A stretch of DNA of 64,000 nucleotides, from the NCBI RefSeq assembly GCF_009914755.1, contig NC_060941.1. One strand, given 5' to 3'. The notes under the pieces were generated by a model that had not been told where the DNA came from, searched no databases, and saw only the letters and a program-made list of their open reading frames with translations. Shown piece after piece: positions 1 through 11,895 of this stretch. This DNA is from the human T2T-CHM13v2.0 reference genome, Homo sapiens. Positions within the stretch are counted from its first letter, which is position 1, and every line of letters begins with the position of its first letter. A program made the translations under genes and the position numbers.

Positions 1-130
1 CTTCCTTCCCTCCTTCCTTCCCTCCTTCCCTTCCTCCCTCCATCTCTCCCTCCCTTTCCTTCCTTTTCTCCCTTCCCTTCCCTTCCTTCCTTCCCTTCCT
101 TCCTCCCTCCCTCTCTCTCTCTTTCTTTCT

Positions 131-187
<57 letters not shown>

Positions 188-410
188 TTTTCTTTCCTTC
201 CTTCTTTCTTTTTCTCTGCCTCCCTCCCTCCTTCCCTCTCTCCCTCCTCCCTCCCTCCCTCCTTTCTTTCTTTCTCTCTTTTTTCTTCTTTCTTTCTTTC
301 TCTTTCTGTCTTTTGTCTCTTTCTTTTTCTTTCTTTTGTCTTCTTTCTTTCTTTCTTTTGTCTTCTTTCTTTTATTTCTTCTTTTTCTTTCTTTTGTTCT
401 TTCTTTCTCT
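1..410. repeat. CT-rich low-complexity / (CTTC)n-(TTTC)n microsatellite
   Basis: Almost pure pyrimidine tract with a long (TTTC)n run; abuts a minus-strand L1 3' end, so probably its expanded A-tail. Confidence 0.95.
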
Positions 411-527
411 CATTTAGGGGGTACAAGCACAAGTTTCTTACTTAAATGCATATATTGTATAGTGAGGAAGTCTGGACTTCTAGAGTACCCATCATCTGAA
501 TAGTAAACGTTGTACTCAATAGGTAAG
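411..527 (-). mobile_element. L1 3' end fragment (L1PB/L1MA-type)
   Basis: tttagggggtacaag...gaagtctggacttctagagtacccatcatctgaatagtaaacgttgtactcaataggtaa matches the reverse of an old L1 3' terminus. Confidence 0.7.
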
Positions 528-529
528 AA

Positions 530-1687
530 AGCATGGATACTTCTAATCTTGTTTTATGGTCAGAGATTGGTTCATCCTTTCTATGTTTGTTTGTTTGTTT
601 TCAAGATTGACTGATGGACCAATTAGTTGTGTATTTTTCTTCAGTAAAGCATTTTAGAGCATAGCAAAGATAATGACAATGGGAAAGAGGTAGACATATT
701 TGGCAAAGCATATGGTCAGCAGGTATTTAAGAGGAGGGGCTTCAGTTGATTCAGAGGTTTCTATTGAAGAAGCAGAATCAAAATGAGAAAAGACAGAGGA
801 CTAGTTCATGTATACATTTTAATGATCCAAGTGTCCGATTGAAAGAGGGATCTTTAGAACTTGATTTGAAAAACCTCTCCACAGGAATATTATTTTTTCT
901 CTCTGAGATATTGGTTGATCATTGTCCCAGGAGTGAAGTCCTTGAGGGAATACCTCTAGTGGGGAAATAGTCCAGGGCAAAGGGAATAGGTACATCATAT
1001 AACTGGTATAAAGGTGGACAATTTATTTTTCAATGGCCTGGTTATTTACAATAAGGACAAACATCTTGGGGCATAGGGTTCATTAGTATAGGATTTCTCT
1101 ATTTCTCTGTTTGGGCTTAAAATATGTATGAGGAGGTCCTCTTGGTCCCTGTAGCTGTTATAACTGTAAAGGTATGTGCCTGCTTGTCCTTTATAAGCAT
1201 TATTCCCCACTGTGGCCACTGTAACTCTAAGCTACCTTTGGTAAAGCTCACACATTTCTCCAGGTTCTGGGCCCATAGTTCTTATACATGAAATTAGCTG
1301 GAATTCCAGATAGAGAAGTTCTGGCCCCTTTTATCCAGACCAACCCATGATCCCCTATCTTTAAGTAACATTACTTACCTAATGAACCCAATTCAGTTTC
1401 TCTCTCACCTAGTTGGAAACCTGAGGCCTTGCTACAGAACCCGGTTCTGTTTCTATGGCAACTTTCAAACATAGTCTACACTTAAAATGCTCAAATAAAT
1501 TCTTTTGAAAGAGGTCAAAGCCTAGGTTTGTGGAACTCCAACTGGAGAGATAGACAACTCTTCCATGACCCCAGTTGCTGAGAGAAATCAGTGGTCACAA
1601 TGGGCCCTGTGAACACCTTTGCTTGGTCACTCTGTGCTCCTGGAGTTTGCTGGAGGTCTACTTCCAGTCCCACTTCTAATGACCAAC
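530..1687 (-). mobile_element. ERV1 internal (leader) sequence adjoining MER57-like LTR, with degenerate tRNA-Leu primer binding site at 1667-1685
   Basis: gtcccacttctaatgacca next to the LTR edge resembles the tRNA-Leu 3' end ATCCCACTTCTGACACCA; extent of internal sequence is approximate. Confidence 0.55.
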
Positions 1688-2079
1688 TGTTAAAGGAAAA
1701 ACTGTAGACAAATTAAATTCAAGACAGTTTATTCAAGCAAAGAACAATTTATGAATTGGGCAGCACTCAGAACCAGTAGAGGTTCAGAGAGCTCCACCTG
1801 GCAGTACAGCCTACCAGTGAGCAGGCAATATTTGTAGAGAGAAAAAGGAAGTGTCATACAGAAACAGCTTGATTGCTTTGTTACAGCTTATGCTATACCT
1901 TATTTCGACATGGTGTGATAAAGTATTTGCCTTATGTAAATATGAGCTGATCAGTTGGCAGTCTGTGATTGGCTGAGACTCAGCAACTTGTTATAAGAAT
2001 ATGCTCTTAAGTTAGGTTACAACCTGTTTGCATACTTAGGTTGCAGTTTGCTTTAGGTTATATTTAATTTAATTTAACA
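1688..2079 (-). mobile_element. MER57-family LTR (ERV1)
   Basis: TGTTAAAG...TTTAACA termini; internal aattgggcagcactcagaacc..ggttcagagag, ggaagtg..tacagaaacagc, gtgattggc typical of MER57. Confidence 0.8.
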
Positions 2080-2695
2080 TACCTTTAAAAAAAATCTGTT
2101 ATCCCAACCCAGTGTCTCCCACAAATTCTATACAAGGAAGGATTCAAAATTAATACAATGACCTTATGTAACACAAATTTATTGATCACTTTCTGGGCTC
2201 TGGCACTATGTTAGTTGTAGGTTGTGATACCACAAGATGTGACATATTTTTAAGATGTTTTTCATGGAGACTTTAAAAGTCAATATGTTAAAATATCTGA
2301 TAGAACTGTCCTCCAATTATTATTCACATATTTTAAAATCATTTACTTGTTCAGAAAATTAGTGAAACTCTTTGTGAACTTCAGAGGCTATGTATGGTCC
2401 ATTCTATGGAATAATGTTGATGATGGGAGATTTTAATCTTTTAAGGGTGGGTTTGAGTTTCGAAAGCTGACAAAATCATTTCAAGCTAAGTCTAGTAAAT
2501 AAAGTAGATAATACGATTTTTGTTCTTAAGAAAATGTGCTGTTACAGAAGGCAATGTTTTTCTTGTGTGCTTTGTGGGTATTTCTGAAGGTGATTCTTAA
2601 TACTTTACTAATTGGAAGATTAGCAAGTGTGTAAAATGGTGAAAACATTCATATAGAAAAATGAATTCTGGTGTGTTTGTAGTAAAAAGTCAGTG

Positions 2696-3129
2696 TAGTC
2701 AACCCTTGAACAATACAGGTTTGAACAGCACAGGTCCACTTGTATGTGAATTTTCTTCTGCCTCTGCTACTCCTGAGACAGCAAGACCAATGCCGCCTCC
2801 TCCTCCTCCTCAGCCTACTTAACATGAAGATAGCAAGGATGAAGATTTTCATGATAATCCACTTCCACTTAATAAACAGTAAATATATTTTATTTTCGTT
2901 AGGATTTTCTTGATAACTTTTTTTTCTCTAGCCTACTTTATTGTAAGAATATAGTACACATGTAGCATACAAAACATGTGTTAATTGACTGTTTATGTCA
3001 TCTGAAAGGCTTCTGGTCAACAGTAGGTTATTAGTAGTTAAGTTTTGGGGGAGTCAAGTTATACATGGATTTTTGGCTGTGTGTGGTTGGTTGGGACCTC
3101 TAGCCCCCAGATTGTTCAAGGGTTGACTG
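2696..3129 (+). mobile_element. Tigger2a (TcMar-Tigger) DNA transposon
   Basis: Terminal inverted repeats tagtcaacccttgaacaa / ttgttcaagggttgactg followed by TA; about 434 bp; internal cctcctcctcctcagcctact. Confidence 0.9.
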
Positions 3130-3189
3130 TATTAATACTGCTATAGTTGTATCAATGCTTAGAATTTAGAACATACCCCTCACCTGAGA

Positions 3190-4130
3190 ATCAAGTCCTA
3201 AGGCCCTCCAATATTTAGAAGTTGGACAAGGAAGGAACCAGCAAGGGATCCTGAGAAGGAGGAATAATCAGTGATGTAGAAAGAAAACCAGGAGAGGTTT
3301 GTGTCATTGAAGCCAAGAGAAATTTGCATTTCGATATCTGGCAATATAGAGATATTCATTGAGATCAGTTTCAGTGGAATGCACAGATCAATGGTCAGAT
3401 CTGAATGATGTTTAAATATAGATTATTCTTCCAAAAATCCGGCTGAAAGGAGAAGAGAGTTAGGATGATATAGAAGGTAGACACAGTGTCAAGAAAGGGA
3501 TTTTATAAGCATAAGAGAAAATTGAGCATATTGAAAAAATAGGAGGATATAGGGAGAAGGCGATGATATAAGATAAGAATAGATAATTGATGTAGGAGAT
3601 CAGCTAGAACAGAGAGGAGACACAATCACGGATATGGAGGAGAGGGGAAGTTGACTTTAATAAAGAGAAGAGTCAGATCATTCACTTAATGTGGGGGTTG
3701 AATGTGTAGATTTGCTATAAATCTAACAGTTGAGGTCGATGGTCTCAGTTTTCTTGGTGAAGTAGGAGGCAAAGTTTTTAAAGTGGAAAGTTAAGTTTTG
3801 GTGGAGGGCATGAGTTAGGTGTAAACATTTTGTAGATTGCTAATGGAAAAGGAGCAAAGCTGCGTGAGGAAAAGTAAATGGTATATTGGATCATCCTGAA
3901 TGTCCAGTTGAACTTGGAGTCTGGAAATGACAATTGTTCATTGATATTTTTTTCATTTTTTTCATAATATTTAGCAGCTCAGTAATGGAGCTGAGGAGGC
4001 AGATTGTGGGATTATAGTCTTGCTGCGTGGGTTTAGTGAGAGAACAGTGGTACATGAAGCTGTAGGTGATGAAGAAAGAATGTTTCAGATGATCAATAAT
4101 GTAATCTAGGCAGGATTGGGAAGTAATGAA
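3190..4130 (-). mobile_element. L2 LINE fragment
   Basis: gaaggaaccagcaagggatcctgagaaggag...aaaaccaggagag...gtgtcattgaagccaagag, purine-rich antisense L2 signature. Confidence 0.7.
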
Positions 4131-4227
4131 AACTGTCCTAGGGGTCTAGGGGCTCTAGGACCTCTTTTGAAAAAGGAATAATAACTCAGAAGAGTTTGTA
4201 TAAAGACAACTTAAAAACAAATTGTTT

Positions 4228-4331
4228 TCTACCTGCCTCATTGGGTTATCATAAGGAATAAAGGAGTTAATCCATGCACAGTGCTTTGACCACTGCCTAG
4301 CACATCAGAAGAGCTGAGGAAAGGTTGGCTG
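4228..4331 (+). mobile_element. MIR 3' part
   Basis: acctgcctcattgggttatcataagga..gagttaatccatgcacagtgctt..tgcctagcaca. Confidence 0.7.
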
Positions 4332-4344
4332 GTGTATCAGATGC

Positions 4345-4795
4345 TATTGGTGTCTAGCTCTACAGTCCCCTTCCCCCCTCTGGGTTTAACTGCAGCTCTG
4401 GAGGACAGTTCTAGAGAACATCCATGGCCTCCCTGATCCCCGATTCCACCTCAAGAGCCTGCAGGGCCATGTCCAAAGCATCAAGAATTTTATCACATTG
4501 TGCCTAGATGCAGATAGGAAATTGGGGAGTACTGTAGTTGTACGTAAATGCCCCGCCTCGTGTCTTCCCATTGGAGGTGCATTCTAGAGGGTTTCTCAGA
4601 TGGTCTCTGTCAGGACTGATTTGAGCTACCCACAAGGGTAATGAGCTAATATCATGCACTGTGTAGGCATTTATCCTTTCTGCCTGTCTCTTTCCCTGCT
4701 TGTGAAATCATATGCCAAATATACTGATTACACTTAAGTCTTTGTAATCCTGCTTTTAGGATGACTTGGGGTGGGAGAAAACTAAATTAAGAGAA
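4345..4795 (+). mobile_element. ERVL LTR (LTR16-like), degenerate
   Basis: 3' end ccaaatatactgattacacttaagtctttg..ctgctttt..aactaaattaaga resembles the LTR16 terminus. Confidence 0.4.
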
Positions 4796-4879
4796 CTATT
4801 TTAATTGTTGTGATTGTTATTGTTAATATGAATATTTTTATTATGATCTATGATTATTATTATCTATTCTAGATATTTA

Positions 4880-5690
4880 GAAATTATTACAGGAACTTTT
4901 TCTGGACAGACAAGAACCTAAGTCTGAACATCTAAAAGGCTCACAAAGAATCAAGCAAATTTATTGAAAGAGACCAATACTTATTAGACCTATCTTCGTG
5001 AACTGAAGATCGAGAAAAAAATTCCAAGAGGCATTTGGACAGAAAAGCATGTTGACTCCACAGGAACAAAAATCAAACTGCATTCAAAATTCTCCTCTGC
5101 AATGTCTAATAGCAGGAGAAATAAAATAGTACCAACAGAGCTTCAAGGGAAAAAGACTGCATTCTAAGAAACCTATATTTAGGAAGTTGTTCAAGTGAAA
5201 GGGTAATGGAAGAAATGTTCTTAGATGTGCAACTCACTGTTATAACCTTCTAAACAAAGCCCTCGAAGACCTGATTTAACTGACAGTGAATGAATCTAAA
5301 TACAGAGCTGTGGGATGTGAGAGTCACATCAGTGACCACTGAAACAAGTATAAAGAAAATTAAGTCTAGATGATTGTTTTACATATAATTATAAAACAGA
5401 ATAAAAGTGTAAAACGCAACTCTTGGAAGAGGATATTTATAGTATAAAAATGGCCTAATTATAATAATTTGAACCTAATGTTTTGCCGCACAAAAATAGA
5501 AATGAATGAGATAGAACGGTAGGAGAAAACACTTATTTCCTCATTATTCCCAAGAGGGATATTATTTAACTCTTGATAAAGATAACTGGAAATACAAACA
5601 GGATGTATCCTTTCTAAATTACTAAAAAAAAAAAAAAAAAAAAGCAAAGAAAATAAATTCCATGTAACAATCATACTTTATGTAACACAC
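4880..5690 (+). mobile_element. Ancient L1M/HAL1 ORF1 region fragment
   Basis: aaaggctcacaaag...aaaatcaaactgcattcaaaattctcctctgcaatg...ctaagaaacctatat, ORF1 C-terminal signature. Confidence 0.55.
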
Positions 5691-5699
5691 TGAAGTTTT

Positions 5700-6925
5700 T
5701 GGTCTTTAATCTTCTTATCTCCAGAGATTGCTGTGACTCCTCGTCCACTCTGTATCATAGCATCACCTCCAGTATCATTAATGCAAGGCACCCCATTTCT
5801 GACCACAGCTTCCTTCTTTTCCTTCTTGGCTTTATTTTTATTTCTTTATTTATTTTTGAGACGGAGCCTCGCTCTGTTGGCCCAGGTTAGAGTGCAGTGC
5901 CATGATCTCAGCTCACTGAAACCTCCACCTCTCAGGTTCAAGCAATTCTCCAGCCTCAGCCTCCTGAATAGCTAGGATTACAGGCACCTGCCACCATGCC
6001 TGGCTAATTTTAGTATTTTTAGTAGAGACAGGGTTTTGCCACGTTGGCCAGGTTGGTCTTGAACTCCTGACCTCAGATGACCTGCCTGCCTTAGCCTCCC
6101 AAAGTGCTGGGATTACAGACATGAGCCACTGAGCCTGGCCACGTTCTTGGCTTTTTAATTGCAACCATTGAAATAGATCTTGATTTCACTGTGACCTCTA
6201 GCTTCTTTATCTTCAATTTGCCCCATCCTTCAGCCGTCCCCTTTCTTTAGTTTTCTACCTGTCCAGGTTAGATTTCAGGGTCCATTGTTTCAGCGATAGT
6301 ACTGCCAAAATCCTAAACTCCCTTGCCCCTTTGGGCTTTTGTCAGACCCCATCTGGCCGAAGACCATTCCCAGAGCAACCCACACTGTGTGCTGTCTCTC
6401 TTCTTGTATTTAAGCAGCTGGAGAAAAACACAACAGAGCAGATTGTACCATCATATATTCATGAGCATCCATTCTGAATGGGCACCACAGTGCCAGAATC
6501 CTTCAGATATCTCTGGTCAATCTATAGTCCAGCAATCCACAATGACCATTCCAGATCTTCTCTAGCTTCCTTAAATGCCTAACTTTCCTACCCATCAACG
6601 GATGCCTTTATTTCATATTTCACAGAGATAATAGACACTGTCACATAAGGCCACTCCCCCCACTCCACACCCCCAAATCCTGCTACCAAACTCACTAACA
6701 TAACAGCATCTGTACCCATCTGGTCCTCCTTCCTGCCTATTCCATAGAGGAGCTGTTTTTCTTTCTGAAAGAGATCAATTCCTCACATGTGCTTTAGACC
6801 CCATCTCCTTTCTCCTTCGCAGGAATCTTATAATTTAGGTGGTTCTGTATCTCCTGAATATCCAATCTCTTTTCAACCTCATCAATTGCTTCTAATTGTA
6901 AACATTAAGCAAATTATATTCAGCT
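5700..6925 (+). mobile_element. L2 LINE fragment interrupted by Alu
   Basis: tctgaccacagcttcc, aaactcccttgcccctt, gcagctggagaaaaacaca, tgtgctttagaccccatctcc. Confidence 0.65.
5834..6140 (-). mobile_element. AluS
   Basis: Full dimeric Alu; TSD ttcttggcttt. Confidence 0.95.
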
Positions 6926-6927
6926 TT

Positions 6928-7415
6928 CAAAAAAAAAGGGAGGAAATCCTGTCATTTGGGACAACATGGATGAAACTAGAGGATGTTATGGAAAATGAAA
7001 TAAAGCAGACATGGAAAGAAAAATACTACATGATCTGACTTACATGTGGAGTGTGAAAAAGAACTCAGAAGCAGGAAGTAGAATGGTGGTTACCAGGGGT
7101 CTTAAGGGGTTGGAGGGTTGGGAAGATGTTGGCCAAAGGACACAACATTTCAGGAGGAATAAGTTCAAGAGAGCTATTGTTTCACACGGGAACTATAGTT
7201 AATAACAATGTATTGCATTCTTGGAAATTGCCAAGAGAGTAGATTTTAAGCGTTCTCACAACAAAAATGATTAGTATGTGAGGTAATGCATATGTTACTC
7301 AGCTTAATGTAGCCATTCCACAGTATGTACAAGTTTCAAAGCAACATGTTGTATATAATAAATACATATAACTTTGGCAATCAAATCAAATAAATAAAAG
7401 AAAATAAAAATAAAT
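6928..7415 (+). mobile_element. L1MA-type 3' end
   Basis: gaaatcctgtcattt..acaacatggatgaaact.., aggaataagttcaagaga, gagagtagattttaag, tgaggtaatgcatatgtt, A-rich tail. Confidence 0.9.
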
Positions 7416-7486
7416 GGAGAGATATTATAAAAATTCTACTGCATTAATAGTCACTAATTCCAGTGCTTTGTATTCCTTTGTGGAAA

Positions 7487-7941
7487 GGTTTTCCAATCGT
7501 GTGGCACTATTGACTTTTTTTTTTTTTTTGGTGACGGAGTCTCGCTCTGTCACTCAGGCTGGAGTGCCGTAGCATGATCTCAGCTCATTGCCATCTCTGC
7601 CTCCCGGGGTTCAAGCCATTCTCCTGTGTCAGCCTCCTGAGTAGCTGGGATTACAGGCACATGCCACCATGCCCAGCTAGTTTTTGTATTTTTAGTAGAG
7701 ATGGGGTTTCACTGTGTTGGTCAGGCTGGTCTCGAATCCCTGACCTCATGATCCACCCGCCTCGGCCTCCCAAAGTGCTGGGATTACAGGCATGAGCCAC
7801 CACACCCGACCAGCACTATTGACATTTGAGTCCATGTAATTCTCTGCTGTGGAGGCTGTCCTGGGCAATGTAGGGTGTTAAGCATCATCCCTGACTTCTA
7901 CCCATTAGATGTCAGTAGGACCCTCCCCGACCTGTGACAAA
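7487..7941. mobile_element. MER20 (hAT-Charlie) interrupted by Alu
   Basis: gcactattgacatttg..aattctctgctgtggaggctgtcctg..gcatcatccctgacttctacccattagatgtcagtag. Confidence 0.85.
7515..7812 (-). mobile_element. AluS
   Basis: Full Alu; TSD gcactattgac. Confidence 0.95.
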
Positions 7942-8335
7942 ACTCCTGATCTTCTTCTGTTTCCTCTAACCTTCTGATCTTCTATCTTCTCCCCTTTCCT
8001 CTAAACTCAGTCCACTCTAAAGATCTTAGAGAATGACAACATTATGCATACAGTTAATTGCACAAGACTGAAATCAGAGAGTCAGCCTTGATACCACCTT
8101 CTTCTTCATTTTTCATGTGTGATTCATCATCAAATCACATTATTTTTCACTTACTAAATATACCCCAATCCCATCCATCTTATTCTTTCTTCACTGCCAC
8201 CTCACTAATCCAAACTATCATAATTTCTTACCTGGACCACTGCAATAAATTCCTAACTTCATCCTGCGTCTTTGACTTCCTTCCAACTTGTTTACACTAT
8301 AGCTAGTGTACTTTTCAAAATATAAATCTTGCAAA
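7942..8335 (+). mobile_element. L2 fragment
   Basis: cactgccacctcactaatccaaactatcataatttcttacctggaccactgcaataaattcctaac. Confidence 0.7.
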
Positions 8336-8854
8336 CCCCTCACCCCCACCAACTTATAATCTAAATAACCAATTAACCAACTTATGTCTTTGTAGGTATA
8401 ATCTCTGCAATATACTCCTATTCAAAAGCTAAGAAATAGGTAGGATCCAAACTCAGGTCAATTTATGTCTATAAAGAGACAGTTTTTGAGTACTTGAGTA
8501 AGTATCAATTCCAAATGAGAGAGAACACTGAGTTTACAGGAGAGAAAGAGGAGAGAATCATAGGTGTGATAGCAAGTGTTTGCACTGCACACACATACAA
8601 AAAATCAAGAGCTTCTTTCAAATTTATGCAGTTAAATTTCGTGTTGGTTTGTTATCCTTGGGAGATGTCTATACCTCCTATTAGTTATAGGGATGAAGTA
8701 GATAAGTAGAGGGTTATGCAGGAGAAAGTTTAACAAATCTTTGCTTTACAAGTATGATGTTCAGTCGCACTGAGACTGTTTTCTAAGTATCTTGTGGGAC
8801 ACAAATAGAAAGATGAATAGGATGTTGTCCCGGTTTTCAAAGCTCTACTTGAAT

Positions 8855-8962
8855 TTTCCTGTCTCATCATTTACCTTTCCTGTCTCATCCTTTGCATTTC
8901 CTGTCTCATCCTTTGCATTTCCTGTCTCATCCTTTGCATTTCCCTTCTCATCATTTGCATTA
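8855..8962. repeat. 21-bp minisatellite, 5 units (tttcctgtctcatcctttgca)
   Basis: Three identical central units flanked by two variant units. Confidence 0.95.
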
Positions 8963-9153
8963 CCTCTGCCAATGCTTTCCACCTCCCAAAACTCCATCAT
9001 TTCTTCCTTTTCCACTAACATTTTGCACATGGCTATATTGTCATTTTTCCTAACCTAAGGGGAAATAAAAAATCCAACAAGACCTTGTTCAAATCACATT
9101 CCAAATAAGGAGGAGGAATGAGTTGTAAGAGTTTTAGAGGAATTTTAAGCTCC

Positions 9154-9461
9154 TTTTTTTTTTTTTTTTTTTTTTTTTGAGATGGAGTCTTGCTCTGTCA
9201 CCCAGGTTGGAGTGCAATGGCACAATCTCAGCTCGCTGGCAACCTCTGCCTCCCCATTTCAAGTGATTCTACTGCCTCAGCCTCCTGAGTAGCTGGGACT
9301 ACAGGCCTGCACCACCATGCCTGGCTAATTTTTCTATTTTAGTAGAGATGGGGTTTCACTGTGTTGGCAAGGTTGGTCTCAAAACTCATGACCTCAAATG
9401 ATCCGCCCACCTCAGCCTCCCAAAGTGCTGGGATTACAGGTGTAAGCCACCGTGCCTAGCC
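9154..9461 (-). mobile_element. AluS
   Basis: Full Alu with poly-T. Confidence 0.95.
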
Positions 9462-9798
9462 TTAGGCTCTTTTCATAAAGAACGGCCAAACACACACACA
9501 CTATCTGAAATCAGATGCAACACTTTCCATTTGAAATCTGTCTCTCTGAATGGAAACAATGAAGTGTTGCAAGTTTATACTCTTGAAGTAAATGAGGACC
9601 AAAAATGGATAAGGAAAATAAAATGGGAGAACTCTGAAAGATCAGAGAAGGTGCTATCAGGTGATAGAATCAGATAAAAGGATTTCCTATAAGGCATTCT
9701 GCTGGTAACTCTATAAAAGGTGGCATTGTTACTGTTGGGTAAATAAAAGTTTTTGATTTGAAGAACCCTCTCCACTCTTTCCTTTAAAAAGGGCAGGT

Positions 9799-10125
<327 letters not shown>

Positions 10126-10619
10126 GGGGAGGCAACCATTACAATCTGGTAACAAGAATGCTAACATTTGAAAGCTTTGATTCACTTCAAGTATTGTCAA
10201 ACACACACACACACAAACACACACATACACAAATCAATCTTTTAACTTTGACTTCACAAATAAAAAGCCTTCTTATGCTGGGCTTAGATCAGGGTGGCCG
10301 CCAGCATGAATTCATGTCCTCTGTGAAGAATGGAATATCAAAGTCAGAGATTTCAGATTGAAGAGTCCTTAGGGAACACTGGGTTTAGAGGTTTTGAAAC
10401 TTTTTAAAGCACTGGAACACTTTCTTCAGTTAGAATCCTACATAGAAAACCAATATTTAAAAGATGAGAGCAGAAGTGAGACTGATGAGGTGGAAACAGG
10501 AGAATTGGGTACAACGAACCCCATTTCTGGTACCTTCCAGCCTCTGAGCAGGTATCTGAAGCACTGTGTGGAACGCTGGGACTCTTTGGTGCATTTTTTC
10601 ACAACTTAGGACTTAGTCT

Positions 10620-10735
10620 TATTCTCCTTGCTTACAAATGAGGAAACTGAAGCACACTGAATAAAAATGTCTTGGCCAAGCGCCATCACCTGTACAAAAA
10701 CAGATCCAAGGATGACAACACCCCCTCGATATAGA
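10620..10735 (-). mobile_element. MIR fragment
   Basis: ttacaaatgaggaaactgaagcac core. Confidence 0.6.
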
Positions 10736-11479
10736 TGAGTGGCTAAGTGCATGCTCCCAATGCTCTGATTATGATGCCTCCTTAACATTTGGTTGGTGGA
10801 GCAAGTTCCTTTTTGGGGACAGGAAGTTGTTGGAAGATTATTTAAAGGGTCATGGAAGGATCATGGAAATGATGCAAGTGGATGACATGAAGGAATGCAG
10901 CTTTGGTACCCTATGCTGGGACCCAAAAAGAGCAGGCAAGGCAGAATGTTGGTTGAAAAAATAACAACAACAGCATCAAAACCAGATGTACACATGCCTG
11001 CATGTCCAATTTTACAACTAATGCTGTCGTCCTATGGATACCTCCTGGAATGTAGGAGGATTCTGTCAATTAGGATGTTCCAGGGCTGTGGCCAGTGTTG
11101 TAAGCATGTCTCATGAGACCCTGGGCTAGAAGCAAAAGCAATGTCCAGGCTTCAAGTTAACACCACCTAAGTCCCAGACGGCTGCCCACTTCAGCATTCT
11201 CTGTGGTAATCTCTGGAGATTGTGGGGTTCAGGCTCTCTTTCCCGTATGCCACTTCTCCATCTTTAGGGGCTGAAATGACCATGTTTGGCTCCCAGGTAA
11301 ATGGATCATGAGCTCCTCCTGAGTATGACTCTCACCTTTCATCATTGTCTCCCTTGTGTCTGGCACATTGAGCTGTATACAGAGCGGCCCTCGATAAAAG
11401 TCATACCCAGAGCTTCAGAAGTGGTCTTGTTGGAATGGAGTTTCCTGGCAGAAACTAAGCTGAGTGGTAGAATGAAGAC

Positions 11480-11895
11480 ACGGTATTGGGAGGTAGAAAT
11501 GGAACTGGCTAATAATATTGACTCCACCACTAACTTATTGTCAGATTTTGGGAAGATGATGTATGCTCCTTAGGTTTTAGTTCCTGAACTGTAAAGTGAA
11601 GAAGACCAACTGGATCATTTCCAGGGTCCTGTCCAGCCTGAGTCCTCATATGTGGGCCTCGTTTGCCTAATGACAATAGCTACCAGTATATTTCTGGAGT
11701 GTTCACTCATGCAAGGTTTATCTATTCATCATGACACCTTGCAGTGTAGGGGGATTATCCCACCATTCACATAAGGAAATCTGGAGGAGAAGAGAGGAAG
11801 TGCGTAAGTTTACGTGCTCAGTCAAAAATAGGATTGGGATTTAAAGTCAGATTTACCTGACTCTAAATCTCCCTTCGCTATGCTCCACTGCCCCA
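11480..11895. mobile_element. Two MIR/MIR3 fragments (+ about 11480-11640; - about 11670-11895)
   Basis: ctccaccactaact..ctgtaaagtg..ggatcatttccagggtcctgtccagc; ggattatcccaccattcacataaggaaatctg..gggatttaaagtcag. Confidence 0.55.

Noticed and set aside
8855-8962. Minisatellite as a CRISPR-like array, or NAKDETG as a pogo/Tigger DETG catalytic motif
   Set aside because: Units are contiguous with no spacers; eukaryotic context; no surrounding transposase similarity
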